A DNA stretch of 64,000 bases. It comes from Aurantimonas sp. (GTDB lineage: Bacteria; Pseudomonadota; Alphaproteobacteria; Rhizobiales; Rhizobiaceae). The stretch lies in NCBI GenBank assembly GCA_965217685.1, contig CBDCIZ010000003.1, forward strand, positions 697,657-761,656, in the 5' to 3' direction. The position numbers and the translations under genes are program-made. Shown one piece after another: positions 9,029-18,814 of this stretch. Each line of letters starts with the position of its first letter. The first letter of the stretch is position 1. The notes beneath the pieces were generated by a model. That model worked only from the letters and a program-made list of their open reading frames with translations. It searched no databases and had not been told where the DNA came from.

Positions 9029-10579
9029 ATGGGACAGGCTGACACCAATTCCACGACTGCGAAGAGCGTCGAGTCCCTGCTGGTCCTGTCCGGCATCACC
9101 AAGCGTTTTCCAGGCGTCCTCGCTCTCGACGGGGTCGATCTGGAAGTCCGTGCCGGCGAACTGCACGTTCTGTTCGGCGAAAACGGCGCGGGCAAGTCGA
9201 CCCTCATCAACGTCATCTCCGGCACCTTCCCGCCGACGGAAGGCAGGTTCCGTTTTGGCGGGAAGGCTATCGACCATCTGACGCCGAACAATGCCAGGGC
9301 GATCGGCATCAGCCCGGTGTTCCAGGAGTTCTCCCTCGTGCCGAGCCTGACCGTCGAGGAAAACCTCTTCCTCGGCCGCGAGAGTTCGACCGCCGGCATG
9401 CTCGACACGGGTGCGATGCGCAGGCGTGCGCGCACGCTGATCGATGAACTCGGTTTCGATCTCGATCCGAAGACACGGGTGGACAAGCTGGACCGCGCCC
9501 ATCAGCAAATGGCAGAGATCGCCAAGGCGCTGCTGGGAAATGTCAGGCTGCTGATCCTCGACGAGCCGACCGCCTCGTTGACCGAGCGCGAGACCGGCCG
9601 ATTGTTCGAACTGATCGCCAAGCTCAAGAGCCAGGGCGTCGGGATCATCTACGTCTCGCATCGCCTGCGCGAGATCCGTGCCCTGGCCGACCGCGTCACG
9701 GTGCTGCGCGATGGCCGGCAAATCAAAACGCTGGATGCCTCGACCGTCAACGACAGCGAACTCGTCGAACTGATGACGGGCCGCAAGATCGACGTCCTGT
9801 TTCCAACCATCACCCACAAACCCACCGATATCGCCATCGAAGTCGAGGATCTCTCGACTGCCGACGGGCTGGTGGCGGGGGTCGAATTCTTCGCTCGTTC
9901 CGGCGAGATCACCGGCATTGCCGGTCTCGTGGGCTGTGGCAAGTCCGAACTCGTGCGTGCCATCTACGGCATCGAGCCGATCGCTACCGGCACGGTCAGC
10001 CTGCACGGCACGCCGATCAGCGATCTCGATCCGCGCACCAGCCTCAGACGCGGCGTCGCCTATTTCCCCGCCAACCGCGGCGTCGAGGGCCTCGCCCTGT
10101 CCCGGCCGATCCGCGAGAACGTCTCGATGGCCGCGCTCGATCTTTCGCGTTACCAGCGCGGCGGCATCATCAAACGCTTTGCCGAACGGTCGTTCATCGG
10201 TCCGATCATGGAAAAACTGAATCTGCGCCCACCCAACATCGAGCGAGCGGTCGCCAATCTTTCCGGCGGCAATCGCCAGAAGGTCATGCTTGGCAGGGCG
10301 ATGGCTCGCGACCTCGATATCTTTCTTTTCGACGAGCCGAGCGTCGGCATCGACGTCGGCGCCAAGGTCGAGGTCTACGAATTCATAAAGCGGCTGGTGG
10401 AGCAAGGCGCGGCAGTTGTGGTGGTCTCGTCGGAGCTGCCCGAGGTGCTGGCACTCTCCAACCGTCTCTACGTCATGCATCACGGCCGCATCGCCGCGCT
10501 GCTCGAAGGGGATCAGAAGACCGAACAGAACGTTCTGTCGAGCTTCTTCCAGGAAGAAAACCGGGGTAAGGCGGCATGA
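9029..10579 (+). CDS. sugar-type (CUT2) ABC transporter ATP-binding protein, duplicated cassette
   Basis: 516 aa. Walker A GENGAGKST and a second GLVGCGKSE. Walker B LLILDEPT and IFLFDEPS. Signature LSGGNRQK. Confidence 0.9.
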   Translation: MGQADTNSTTAKSVESLLVLSGITKRFPGVLALDGVDLEVRAGELHVLFGENGAGKSTLINVISGTFPPTEGRFRFGGKAIDHLTPNNARAIGISPVFQEFSLVPSLTVEENLFLGRESSTAGMLDTGAMRRRARTLIDELGFDLDPKTRVDKLDRAHQQMAEIAKALLGNVRLLILDEPTASLTERETGRLFELIAKLKSQGVGIIYVSHRLREIRALADRVTVLRDGRQIKTLDASTVNDSELVELMTGRKIDVLFPTITHKPTDIAIEVEDLSTADGLVAGVEFFARSGEITGIAGLVGCGKSELVRAIYGIEPIATGTVSLHGTPISDLDPRTSLRRGVAYFPANRGVEGLALSRPIRENVSMAALDLSRYQRGGIIKRFAERSFIGPIMEKLNLRPPNIERAVANLSGGNRQKVMLGRAMARDLDIFLFDEPSVGIDVGAKVEVYEFIKRLVEQGAAVVVVSSELPEVLALSNRLYVMHHGRIAALLEGDQKTEQNVLSSFFQEENRGKAA

Positions 10580-11601
10580 ACGCGACCGCAGCTCTTGCCC
10601 CCCGCAATGCCAATCCAACGTCGCGGGACGTTCTTCACCTCATTCTGAGGATCGGGCTGCTGCCGATCCTGATGGCGATCGTCGTCATCGGCACATCGCT
10701 GATGTCACCCTATTTTCTCGGCTGGATGAACATCGTCAACATCCTGCGCATGGCCTCGTTTCTGGCGATCATCGCCTGTGGCCAGGCAATGGTGATCATC
10801 GCCGGCGGCTTCGACCTATCGGTCGGCGCGGTCGTGGCGCTGGCGAGCGTCGTGACGGCGAAGGTCATGGCGGCTGCCGCCAGCACCATCGGCGGCCCGG
10901 ACGTCGTCGCCATCATGATCGGAATACTCGCCGGCCTAGGTTCGGGTTTCGCCGTCGGCCTGTTCAATGGCCTCTGCGTCGCCAAGCTGAAGGTCTCCGG
11001 CTTCGTCGTTACCCTCGGCACCATGTCCGCGACGGCGGGCATCGGTCTTCTGCTCACCAACGGAATTCCCGTCTACGGCATGCCGGACAGCTTCGTGCAA
11101 GCGATCGGCCGTTCGCAGATCCTCGGCTTTCCCCTGGCGATCTACCTTGCGCTCGCCATCGTTCTCCTCGTCGCCTTCGTCCAACGTCGAACGCTGTTCG
11201 GCCGCTATGTCTACGCGATCGGCGGCAATCAGGAGGCGGCCGTGGTCTCGGGCGTCCCGATCCAGCGCCATCTGGTCGGCACCTATGCACTGTCGGGAGT
11301 TCTCGCCGCGACCGTTGGCATTCTGCTGACCGCCCTCGTCGGTTCGGGCCAGGCAAGCCTTGGAGGCGACACGATGATGCTGCAGTCCATTGCGGCCGCG
11401 GTGATTGGCGGCGTCAGCCTGCGTGGCGGCATTGGCCGGGTCGAAATCGTCGCCATCGCTGCCCTGTTCCTGACCATCCTCGGCAATGCGTTGAACCTAC
11501 TTCACATCGATTCCCGGCTCCAGCCAATCTTCCTGGGACTGATCATGGTCCTTGCCGTTGCCCTCGACGAATTCAGTCGCCGGAGGATGTCCCGTGTCTG
11601 A
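10576..11601 (+). CDS. ABC transporter permease (RbsC/branched CUT2 type)
   Basis: 341 aa, multi-span hydrophobic. 4-nt overlap with the ATPase stop. Confidence 0.9.
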   Translation: MNATAALAPRNANPTSRDVLHLILRIGLLPILMAIVVIGTSLMSPYFLGWMNIVNILRMASFLAIIACGQAMVIIAGGFDLSVGAVVALASVVTAKVMAAAASTIGGPDVVAIMIGILAGLGSGFAVGLFNGLCVAKLKVSGFVVTLGTMSATAGIGLLLTNGIPVYGMPDSFVQAIGRSQILGFPLAIYLALAIVLLVAFVQRRTLFGRYVYAIGGNQEAAVVSGVPIQRHLVGTYALSGVLAATVGILLTALVGSGQASLGGDTMMLQSIAAAVIGGVSLRGGIGRVEIVAIAALFLTILGNALNLLHIDSRLQPIFLGLIMVLAVALDEFSRRRMSRV

Positions 11602-12619
11602 CGCCAATCTCACCGCAGCCTCGAAAACCGCATCGCCGGATAACGAGATCCACCGTCGGTCTCTCGACACCGATTGGCTGCGCAAACTTGCTCTGCCGAT
11701 CGCTGTGCTTCTTCTGCTCGGCGGCTTCGGTCTTGCCGACGATCGGATCCTGACGCGGTACAACCTTCTCAACATCGCACAGCAGGCCAGCTATCTGACG
11801 CTGTTCGCCATGGCCCAGATGATCGTCATCCTCACCCGTGGTTTCGACCTCTCCGTCGGACCCACCGTATCGATGGTCAGCGTCGGGGCGGCCCTCGCCA
11901 TGGCCTCGATGGGCGGCAGCGACGTCAACGGGGTGCTGGTCGTGCTCATTGCGATCGCGGCCGGCTTTGCGCTCGCGGGCGTCTGCGGACTCTTCAATGG
12001 CGTTGTCGTCGCCCTGCTCGGCGTCAGCCCGCTGGTCGCGACGCTCGGCAGCATGAACATCGCCATCGGCGTCGCCACCACGATGTCCGACGGCCGTCCC
12101 GTCCAGGGCGTGCCGCAAGCCTTTTCCAACTTTTTCTACTCCGGTTCGATTTTCGGCCTTCCCTCTGCCGTCGTCATCGCGATCGTCGTCGGTTGCGTGC
12201 TCACCTTCGTCCTGTCGCGAACGGTCTTCGGGCGCTCTCTCTATCTCATCGGCACCAATCCGCGCGCCGCGGCCGTTGCAGGCATCCCGGTCAAACGCCT
12301 TCTGGTCTACGCCTATATCCTTTGCTCCGCCCTCGCCGCCCTCGGTGCCCTGATGATGACCGCCCGCACCGGCTCTGGCGAACCCAATCTCGGCGGCACC
12401 TTGTCGTTGCAGTCGATCGCAGCGGCCGTTGTCGGCGGCACCAGCCTTGCCGGTGGCCGCGGCGGTGTCGGATCGGCCGTACTCGGGGCACTGTTCATCA
12501 CCATCTTGTCGAACGGCATGAACCTCACCCGTATCGACGGATACGTCCAGATGATCGTCCTCGGTGCCATCGTGATCCTCGGCGTCGTTCTCGACAGGCT
12601 ACGCCTCAACGCTCGTTGA
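11594..12619 (+). CDS. ABC transporter permease (second CUT2 permease)
   Basis: Hydrophobic paralogue of the preceding permease. The track start is 11552; GTG at 11594, overlapping the upstream stop by 8 nt, is the likelier start. Confidence 0.85.
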   Translation: MSDANLTAASKTASPDNEIHRRSLDTDWLRKLALPIAVLLLLGGFGLADDRILTRYNLLNIAQQASYLTLFAMAQMIVILTRGFDLSVGPTVSMVSVGAALAMASMGGSDVNGVLVVLIAIAAGFALAGVCGLFNGVVVALLGVSPLVATLGSMNIAIGVATTMSDGRPVQGVPQAFSNFFYSGSIFGLPSAVVIAIVVGCVLTFVLSRTVFGRSLYLIGTNPRAAAVAGIPVKRLLVYAYILCSALAALGALMMTARTGSGEPNLGGTLSLQSIAAAVVGGTSLAGGRGGVGSAVLGALFITILSNGMNLTRIDGYVQMIVLGAIVILGVVLDRLRLNAR

Positions 12620-12685
12620 TCAATCGAAGCACCGGAGCCGAACGCGCTCCTCGGTGCCGCAAGACCCAAAGCGAGCTTTTCAATC

Positions 12686-13573
12686 ATGCTCCAGGCCCGT
12701 TCAACAGCCGTCACGATCCCCACCACGCTTTCGCAGGCTCTGGCCATGCTGGCCGATTATGGGACGCAGGGCGCACCGTTCGCTGGAGGCACGTGGATCA
12801 TGCGCGCACCGCTCCGTCGAGAAGCCTTCGCGCCCGGATATGTCGCCCTTGGCCAAATTCCGGAGCTGAGACGCGTGCAGTCAAACGGCGCAATCGTCGA
12901 AATCGGCGCAAGCGTGACCCATGCAGAGCTGGCGGGCGCCCTTGCCGCATATCCGGAGTTCGAAGCCTTGAGGTTCGCCGCCGGACATTCGGCGAACCCG
13001 GCGATCCGCAACGCGGCCACCATCGGCGGCAATCTATGTGCCGCTCACTTTCCCGCCGCCGATCTGGTACCCGCACTCCTCTGCCTCGAGGCCACGGTGG
13101 AGATGACCGAGGCCTCGGGAAGCGAGCGGCTGGCAATCGGCGACTTTCTCACACGCCAAGTCGATCTCGGGCCCGGCCGGATCGTGACGAAGCTGATCCT
13201 CAAGCGATCCAATCGGCGCTCGGCTCATATCCGCCTACCGTTGCGCAAAGCCGGCGATTATCCAGTGGCGATCGTCTCGATGGCGGCAGACATCGACGGC
13301 TCCGGCCAGATCACCGACGCCCGGGTCGCAGTCGGTTCCGTCGAGGCGGCGCCGCGCCGCTGGACCGCGCTCGAGCATGCCCTGTCGGGACAAAGCTTCG
13401 ACGGCCAGAACGCAGCGGCAATCGCACGATCGCACACCGGCGTTTTCACCGGCCGCGAGGGCGTTGAAGCACCAAGCTGGTACCGCGTTCGCGTCTTGCC
13501 TGCCCTCCTGGGCCGTTCCGTCGAGGCTCTTGCCTCGGCGGCGCGATCGAAATTGGGGAGTCGACCGAATTGA
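12686..13573 (+). CDS. molybdenum hydroxylase FAD-binding (medium, CoxM/XdhB-like) subunit
   Basis: 295 aa. FAD-binding PCMH-type segments (FAGGTWIM, NAATIGGNLC). Followed by the Fe-S and Moco subunits. Confidence 0.85.
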   Translation: MLQARSTAVTIPTTLSQALAMLADYGTQGAPFAGGTWIMRAPLRREAFAPGYVALGQIPELRRVQSNGAIVEIGASVTHAELAGALAAYPEFEALRFAAGHSANPAIRNAATIGGNLCAAHFPAADLVPALLCLEATVEMTEASGSERLAIGDFLTRQVDLGPGRIVTKLILKRSNRRSAHIRLPLRKAGDYPVAIVSMAADIDGSGQITDARVAVGSVEAAPRRWTALEHALSGQSFDGQNAAAIARSHTGVFTGREGVEAPSWYRVRVLPALLGRSVEALASAARSKLGSRPN

Positions 13574-14031
13574 TCATCCGTCTGACCGTCAATGGCGAGG
13601 AACGCGAGTTCGCCGCCGAACCGATGGCCCCGCTCCTCGACGTCCTGCGCGACACGCTGCATCTGACCGGCGCAAAGCCCGTCTGCCGGGAAGGCTTTTG
13701 CGGCGCCTGCATGGTGCTCGTGGACGGCATTCCGACCGTCTCTTGCCTGACACCGGTGGCCCTGGTCGGGGAGCGCGCGATCGAAACGGTCGAGGGGCTC
13801 ACATCGGCCGCCGAACCGACGCCGGTCCAGGCGGCCCTCGAAGATCATGACGCCGTCCAGTGCGGCATGTGCTTTCCCGGCATGGTGGTCACCCTCAACC
13901 ACCTGACCAAGCCGGGAAATTGCGCGCCGAACCGCGAGGCAGTCAAAGCAGGACTGGCCGGTAATATCTGCCGCTGCACCGGCTACGAGCGCATTGTCGA
14001 CGCTGCCCTCGCGGTGATGGAACGGTCGTGA
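13570..14031 (+). CDS. (2Fe-2S)-binding small subunit of molybdenum hydroxylase
   Basis: 153 aa. Cys clusters CREGFCGACMV...C and CGMCFPG...CRCTGY. TTG start overlaps the upstream stop. Confidence 0.9.
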   Translation: MIIRLTVNGEEREFAAEPMAPLLDVLRDTLHLTGAKPVCREGFCGACMVLVDGIPTVSCLTPVALVGERAIETVEGLTSAAEPTPVQAALEDHDAVQCGMCFPGMVVTLNHLTKPGNCAPNREAVKAGLAGNICRCTGYERIVDAALAVMERS

Positions 14032-16403
14032 TGGACAAGGAAGCAATGGACAAGGCAGCCCAGACCGTGGTCCAGGACTTTCGTCGGCGCGACGCCAGCG
14101 ACAAGCTGATGGGTCGCACCCGCTACACCATCGATCGTGGCACGACGGGCATGCTCCACGCCATGCTTCTGCGATCCGAAGTGCCGAGCGGACGAATCGT
14201 CCGCCTCAATGTCGACGCGGCCGCGCGTATGCAGGGCGTGCGCGCCATCGTCACCAGCGCCGATGCGCCGGGCCGCGCCGGGCTGGGCATTGCCGACCAT
14301 CCGCTTTTCGCCGTCGATAGGGTGCGCTATTGCGGCGAGCCGATCGCCGCGATAGCGGCCGAGACGGAGCGCCAGGCCCAGGCCGCCCTTGCGTCAATCG
14401 AGATCGAGATCGAACCGCTTCCCGCGATCCTCGACATGGGATCGGCCCTCGCCGAAGATGCGATACTCGTTCATCAGGACTGGCAAAGCTACCAGGTGCT
14501 GCACGAAGGTGGTGCCCGCGGCGGCAATGTGGCGTGGGAGGCCATCGTCGACCGTGGCGACGTCGATGCTGCCTTTGGCCACGAAGACGTCACGGTGGTC
14601 GAGAGCACCTTCCGCGTCGGCCGCCAAAATCACCTGTCCTTCGAGCCTCGCGCGGTGGTGGCCCATTACGAAGACGGTCGCTTCCACATCGAAACCTCGA
14701 CGCAGGTGCCCTGGACCGTGCGTAACACGACGGCGGTCCTCCTGGGCGTTCCAGCTTCGACGATCCGCGTCACGGTTCCACCCGTCGGCGGCGGCTTCGG
14801 CCTCAAATTCGACTGCGCGCTCGAACCCTTCGCCGCTCTCCTGGCGAGGAAGGCCGGCCGCGCCGTTCGCCTCGTCAACAGCCGCGAGGAGGAGATGCGG
14901 ACCTGTCTGTTCCGGGAAAACGCCGAGATACGCATTCGCTCGGCGATCGCGCCGGACGGGACGATCGCCGGCCGCGAAGCGGTGGTGCTGATGGATTGCG
15001 GCGCCTATGGCGGCGAACAAGTGTTCCTCACCACGATGACCGCCCACACGCTCGGCGGCAATTATCGGCTTGGCTCCACCCGCATCGTCACGCGCGCCGT
15101 CTATACCAACACCGCACCCAACGGGGCCTTCCGGGCTTGCAACGGAGTATACAACACCTTCGCGCTGGAACGGCACACCGACGAAATCTGCGCCGCGATT
15201 GCCATGACACCGGACGCGTTCCGCCGCAAGAACGTTATCGGCAACGGCGATCTGGGCTCGACCGGCCAGGTCTTCGAGGGCGACGTGTTGGTCCCGATGC
15301 TCAACAAGATGGCGGCCCTGCGCGCAAAAAGCCCGGCGAATCCGCCGGCCGACCGGCGCCTTCACGGCCGAGCGACGACGGTCGGAACCTGGTTCGTCTT
15401 CACCGGCCCATCGGCAGCGACCGTCAATATGAACGCCGACGGCAGCGCCACGCTCGTTACCAGCGGTGTCGAGATCGGCTCTGGATCGATGATGCAGTCG
15501 CTGCCGCAGATCGTCGCCGCGACCCTCGGCCTTTCGCCCGATCAGGTGGTGGTACGCGCCGCCGACACCGATGCCGCCGGCTACGATGTCGGTGTTGGCG
15601 GCGGCCGCACCACGGTCTCGCTCGGCGCGGCCAGCCGCTCGGCCGCCATCGAGGTGCGCACAAAGCTGTTGAAGGTCGCGAGCGACATGCTCGAAGCGTC
15701 GGAAGACGACCTTGTCCTGAAAGACGGCCGCATCGAGATTGCTGGTGCAAGGAGGTCCGGCGTGACGATCGCCGAAGTCGCCACACGCGCCCAGGTCCTC
15801 TTTGGCCCGGTCGCAGGCACAGGCTCCTTCGCGGCTGCCGGGACACCCGCGGCGGCGGGCTGCTGCGCCGGCCATTTCATCGAAGCCTTGGATATCCCCG
15901 TTTTCGCAGTCCACGATTGCGATGTCGCCGTCGATCCCGACACCGGTCATGTCGAGGTGCTGCGCTATCGCGTCGTGCAGGACGTCGGCAAAGCGTTGAA
16001 CCCCAGCGCCATCCACGGCCAGATCCAGGGCGGTGTCGTGCAGGGACTCGGCTACGCGCTGCACGAAGAGGCCGATGTCGGCCCGGACGGCGAGATCCGC
16101 CAATTGGGCTTCGAGACCTATCGCGTACCGCTCGCGGGCGACGTGGTCCCCGTCGAGATCGAGTTGCACGAGGGCGCCCCGTCCCTCGGCCCCCACGGCG
16201 CCAAGGGTGCCGGCGAAGTACCGATCCTCAACGTCGGCGCGACCATCGCCTGCGCCGTCGCCAACGCCATCGGCAAGCGCGTCTCGCAACTGCCACTAAC
16301 GCCACCACGGGTGCTGGCGCTTTTGCTGGACGAGACGCCGGCGCTCGAACTGCCTCACATCAAGCCCCGCCACGAAGACAATGTGCTGCCCAACACGCAA
16401 TGA
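14028..16403 (+). CDS. molybdopterin-binding large subunit, xanthine dehydrogenase/aldehyde oxidase family
   Basis: 791 aa. Overlaps the small-subunit stop. GAFRA/GGGFG-type segments of the XDH family. I did not see the CO-dehydrogenase active-site loop (AYRCSFR). Confidence 0.9.
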   Translation: MMDKEAMDKAAQTVVQDFRRRDASDKLMGRTRYTIDRGTTGMLHAMLLRSEVPSGRIVRLNVDAAARMQGVRAIVTSADAPGRAGLGIADHPLFAVDRVRYCGEPIAAIAAETERQAQAALASIEIEIEPLPAILDMGSALAEDAILVHQDWQSYQVLHEGGARGGNVAWEAIVDRGDVDAAFGHEDVTVVESTFRVGRQNHLSFEPRAVVAHYEDGRFHIETSTQVPWTVRNTTAVLLGVPASTIRVTVPPVGGGFGLKFDCALEPFAALLARKAGRAVRLVNSREEEMRTCLFRENAEIRIRSAIAPDGTIAGREAVVLMDCGAYGGEQVFLTTMTAHTLGGNYRLGSTRIVTRAVYTNTAPNGAFRACNGVYNTFALERHTDEICAAIAMTPDAFRRKNVIGNGDLGSTGQVFEGDVLVPMLNKMAALRAKSPANPPADRRLHGRATTVGTWFVFTGPSAATVNMNADGSATLVTSGVEIGSGSMMQSLPQIVAATLGLSPDQVVVRAADTDAAGYDVGVGGGRTTVSLGAASRSAAIEVRTKLLKVASDMLEASEDDLVLKDGRIEIAGARRSGVTIAEVATRAQVLFGPVAGTGSFAAAGTPAAAGCCAGHFIEALDIPVFAVHDCDVAVDPDTGHVEVLRYRVVQDVGKALNPSAIHGQIQGGVVQGLGYALHEEADVGPDGEIRQLGFETYRVPLAGDVVPVEIELHEGAPSLGPHGAKGAGEVPILNVGATIACAVANAIGKRVSQLPLTPPRVLALLLDETPALELPHIKPRHEDNVLPNTQ

Positions 16404-16454
16404 GTTGCGGCGCAAGCGACGTGCGCGCTGACAGACAACCAAGAGGAGAGTTCA

Positions 16455-17789
16455 ATGGATCAGCTACCCAATTCGATCGAGGCCCGCGACAAGGCCTATC
16501 AACTCCATCCGCTGGTCGATCTGCGCCATCACGAGACCGCCGGGTCCCTGGTGATCGACCGCGGCGAAGGCATCTATGTCTACGACACGACAGGCAAGCG
16601 ATATATCGAGGGCCTTGCGGGCCTTTGGTCAGTCGCCGTCGGCTTCGGCGAAAAGCGTCTCGCCGAGGTCGCGAAGGCACAGATGGAGAAGCTGCCCTAC
16701 TACCACCTCTTTTCCTACAAGACTCACGGTCCCTCGGTGGATCTCGCCGAAAAGCTGATCCAGATGGCGCCGGTGCCCATGTCGAAGGTGCATTTCACCT
16801 CGTCGGGTTCTGAAGCGAACGATCTCGTGGTCAAGCTCTGCTGGTATCGCGCGAACGCCCTCGGCAAGCCGGACAAGAAAAAGATTATCGGCCGCATCAA
16901 GGGCTATCATGGCGTCACCATCGCAGCCGGCTCGATCACCGGCCTTGCGCGAAATCATGCAAGTTTCGACCTGCCGCTCGACCGGATGCGTCATACCCAT
17001 TGCCCGGACTACGATTCCATGGCGAAGGAGGGCGAGAGCGAGTCGCAGTTCTCTCGGCGCATGGCCGATGAACTCGAAAATCTGATTCTCGAGGAAGGCC
17101 CGGAGACCATTGCCGCCTTCTTCGGCGAACCGGTGATGGGCTCTGGCGGTGTCTACGTGCCGCCGGAAAACTACTGGCATGAAATTCAGCGTGTCCTGAA
17201 GAAACACGACATCCTGCTCGTTGCCGACGAGGTGATCACCGGTTTCGGGCGCACCGGAAACATGTTCGGCTCACAGACCTATGACATGAAGCCCGACGTA
17301 ATGGTGATTTCCAAGCAGATGGCGTCGTCCTACATGCCGATCGCCGCGATCCTGATGAGCGAGGAATTCTACGGTCCGGTCGCCGACGAGTCCGAACGGA
17401 TCGGCGTCTTCGGCCATGGCTTTACTGCTTCCGGCCACCCGGTGGCGACAGCCGTGGCGCTCGAGAACATCAAGATCATCGAAGAGCGCGATCTCCTGGG
17501 CAATTGCCGAACCCTGGCTCCGCGCTTCCTCGAACATCTCGACGACCTGACCCGCCACAAGCGGGTGAAGCTGAAACGCGGCGTCGGCCTCATCGGTGCG
17601 CTGGAACTCCATGCCGATGGCGAACCCGGCCGGGTCGGCGCGGCCATGGCGGCGGCGGCACTGGAAGAAGGCGTGATCGGTCGCTCGGTCGGGGATTCGT
17701 TCTGCCTCTGTCCGCCGCTGATCATCAGCGACGCCGATATCGACGCCATGTTCGCAGCGGTCGGCAGCGCGCTTGACCGACTCGGATGA
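16455..17789 (+). CDS. class-III (omega) aminotransferase, PLP-dependent
   Basis: 444 aa. SGSEANDL, DEVITGFGRTG and the Schiff-base lysine context ISKQMASSY. Confidence 0.9.
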   Translation: MDQLPNSIEARDKAYQLHPLVDLRHHETAGSLVIDRGEGIYVYDTTGKRYIEGLAGLWSVAVGFGEKRLAEVAKAQMEKLPYYHLFSYKTHGPSVDLAEKLIQMAPVPMSKVHFTSSGSEANDLVVKLCWYRANALGKPDKKKIIGRIKGYHGVTIAAGSITGLARNHASFDLPLDRMRHTHCPDYDSMAKEGESESQFSRRMADELENLILEEGPETIAAFFGEPVMGSGGVYVPPENYWHEIQRVLKKHDILLVADEVITGFGRTGNMFGSQTYDMKPDVMVISKQMASSYMPIAAILMSEEFYGPVADESERIGVFGHGFTASGHPVATAVALENIKIIEERDLLGNCRTLAPRFLEHLDDLTRHKRVKLKRGVGLIGALELHADGEPGRVGAAMAAAALEEGVIGRSVGDSFCLCPPLIISDADIDAMFAAVGSALDRLG

Positions 17790-17957
17790 CCACCATGCCG
17801 GTCCAAACCTTGCAGGTTCCGCTGCCGTCTCGATCCGACTACGCCCCGTCTTTGCGGCGTCGGACGAGGCAACATCGCCAAGACCTCGACCGCTTGCGGC
17901 GGCGCAGATCAAGTCGGACCCGAGCCGGTCGGTCAGGTTCGTGGCCGACGGAGTATC

Positions 17958-18790
17958 TTGGCTTCGATGCCGTCCCGGGACCGAGAAAAACGACATACTC
18001 GGGAGTATTCCAAACCGATTGGCATTGACGTCGGGGGCACAAATACGGATGCGGCCCTAATGGACGGTATGCGTGTCGTCGCATCGTGCAAGTCGCCGAC
18101 GACCGGCAGACGTATCGTCCGGAGTTGTTTCGGTGCTGAAGACAGCTCTGGGCGACAGTGCGACGCCGTGATGATCGGGACGACACATTTCACCAATGCC
18201 GTCGTTGAGAAGCGGCGGCTTTTGACGGTCGTGGCGATCTGCCTTCGGCCTGCCGGCGACCCGTACACTGCCGCCCATGACGGACTGGCCAGCAGATCTT
18301 GCTCAAACGCTTGGCCGCCATTGCTACATGGTTCACGGCGGCCACGAATTCGACGGGCGCAAAATTACCTCTCTCGACGAGGTCGAGGTCGAGGTCGAGG
18401 TCGTTCGAATTGCCGGCGATATGAGGAGCAAGGGCCTTAAGAGCACTGCCATCACCTCGGTTTCCCCCCGTTATGCCGATCATGGAGGAACGCGCAGCGG
18501 ACAACCTGCGCAGCGCAATTTCCGACGTAACGCTGTCCTTGAGTCACAAAATCGGCCGAGTCGGCTTTCTGGAGCGCAAAAACGCGTCGATCATGAACGC
18601 CTGCCTGACCGATCTGTCGAGGCACGTCATTCACTCTTCCGCCAGCCAAGGACACTGTGAAAATCATGGATATCCGAGAAATCCCCCTCGCCTACCTGCC
18701 CGGCTCAGCTACCCGTATCCGGGTCAAGGCCGTAGGCGATCTGATCATTGGATAACGCAATTTAGGCATCCGCGGAAAGTTTGGAGATAA
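17958..18790 (+). pseudogene. decayed hydantoinase/oxoprolinase-family gene
   Basis: Homology is spread over three frames. Frame 0: KPIGIDVGGTNTDAALMDG...AVMIGTTHFTNAVVEKRRL. Frame 1 from ~18250: MTDWPADLAQTLGRHCYMVHGGHEFDG. Frame 2 from ~18470: PIMEERAADNLRSAISDVTLSLSHKIGRVGFLERKNASIMNACL. No piece exceeds 160 aa, and the total is far shorter than intact family members. Confidence 0.6.
18379..18402 (+). repeat. hexanucleotide tandem repeat (GAGGTC)x4
   Basis: Four perfect copies, read as EVEVEVEV, inside the decayed hydantoinase-like gene. Confidence 0.9.
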
Positions 18791-18814
18791 ACTGGCCAGA
18801 CGAAGAAATTGAAT

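Noticed and set aside
7919-10618. 899-aa minus-strand ORF. Similar very long antisense or off-frame ORFs occur at 5107..6666 (-), 14394..16289 (-), 11674..13467 (+), 14996..16813 (+) and 34354..35607 (+).
   Set aside because: They lie opposite or out of frame to genes with strong family motifs. They are R/A/G/P-rich with no motifs, which is typical of stop-codon-poor alternative frames in high-GC DNA.
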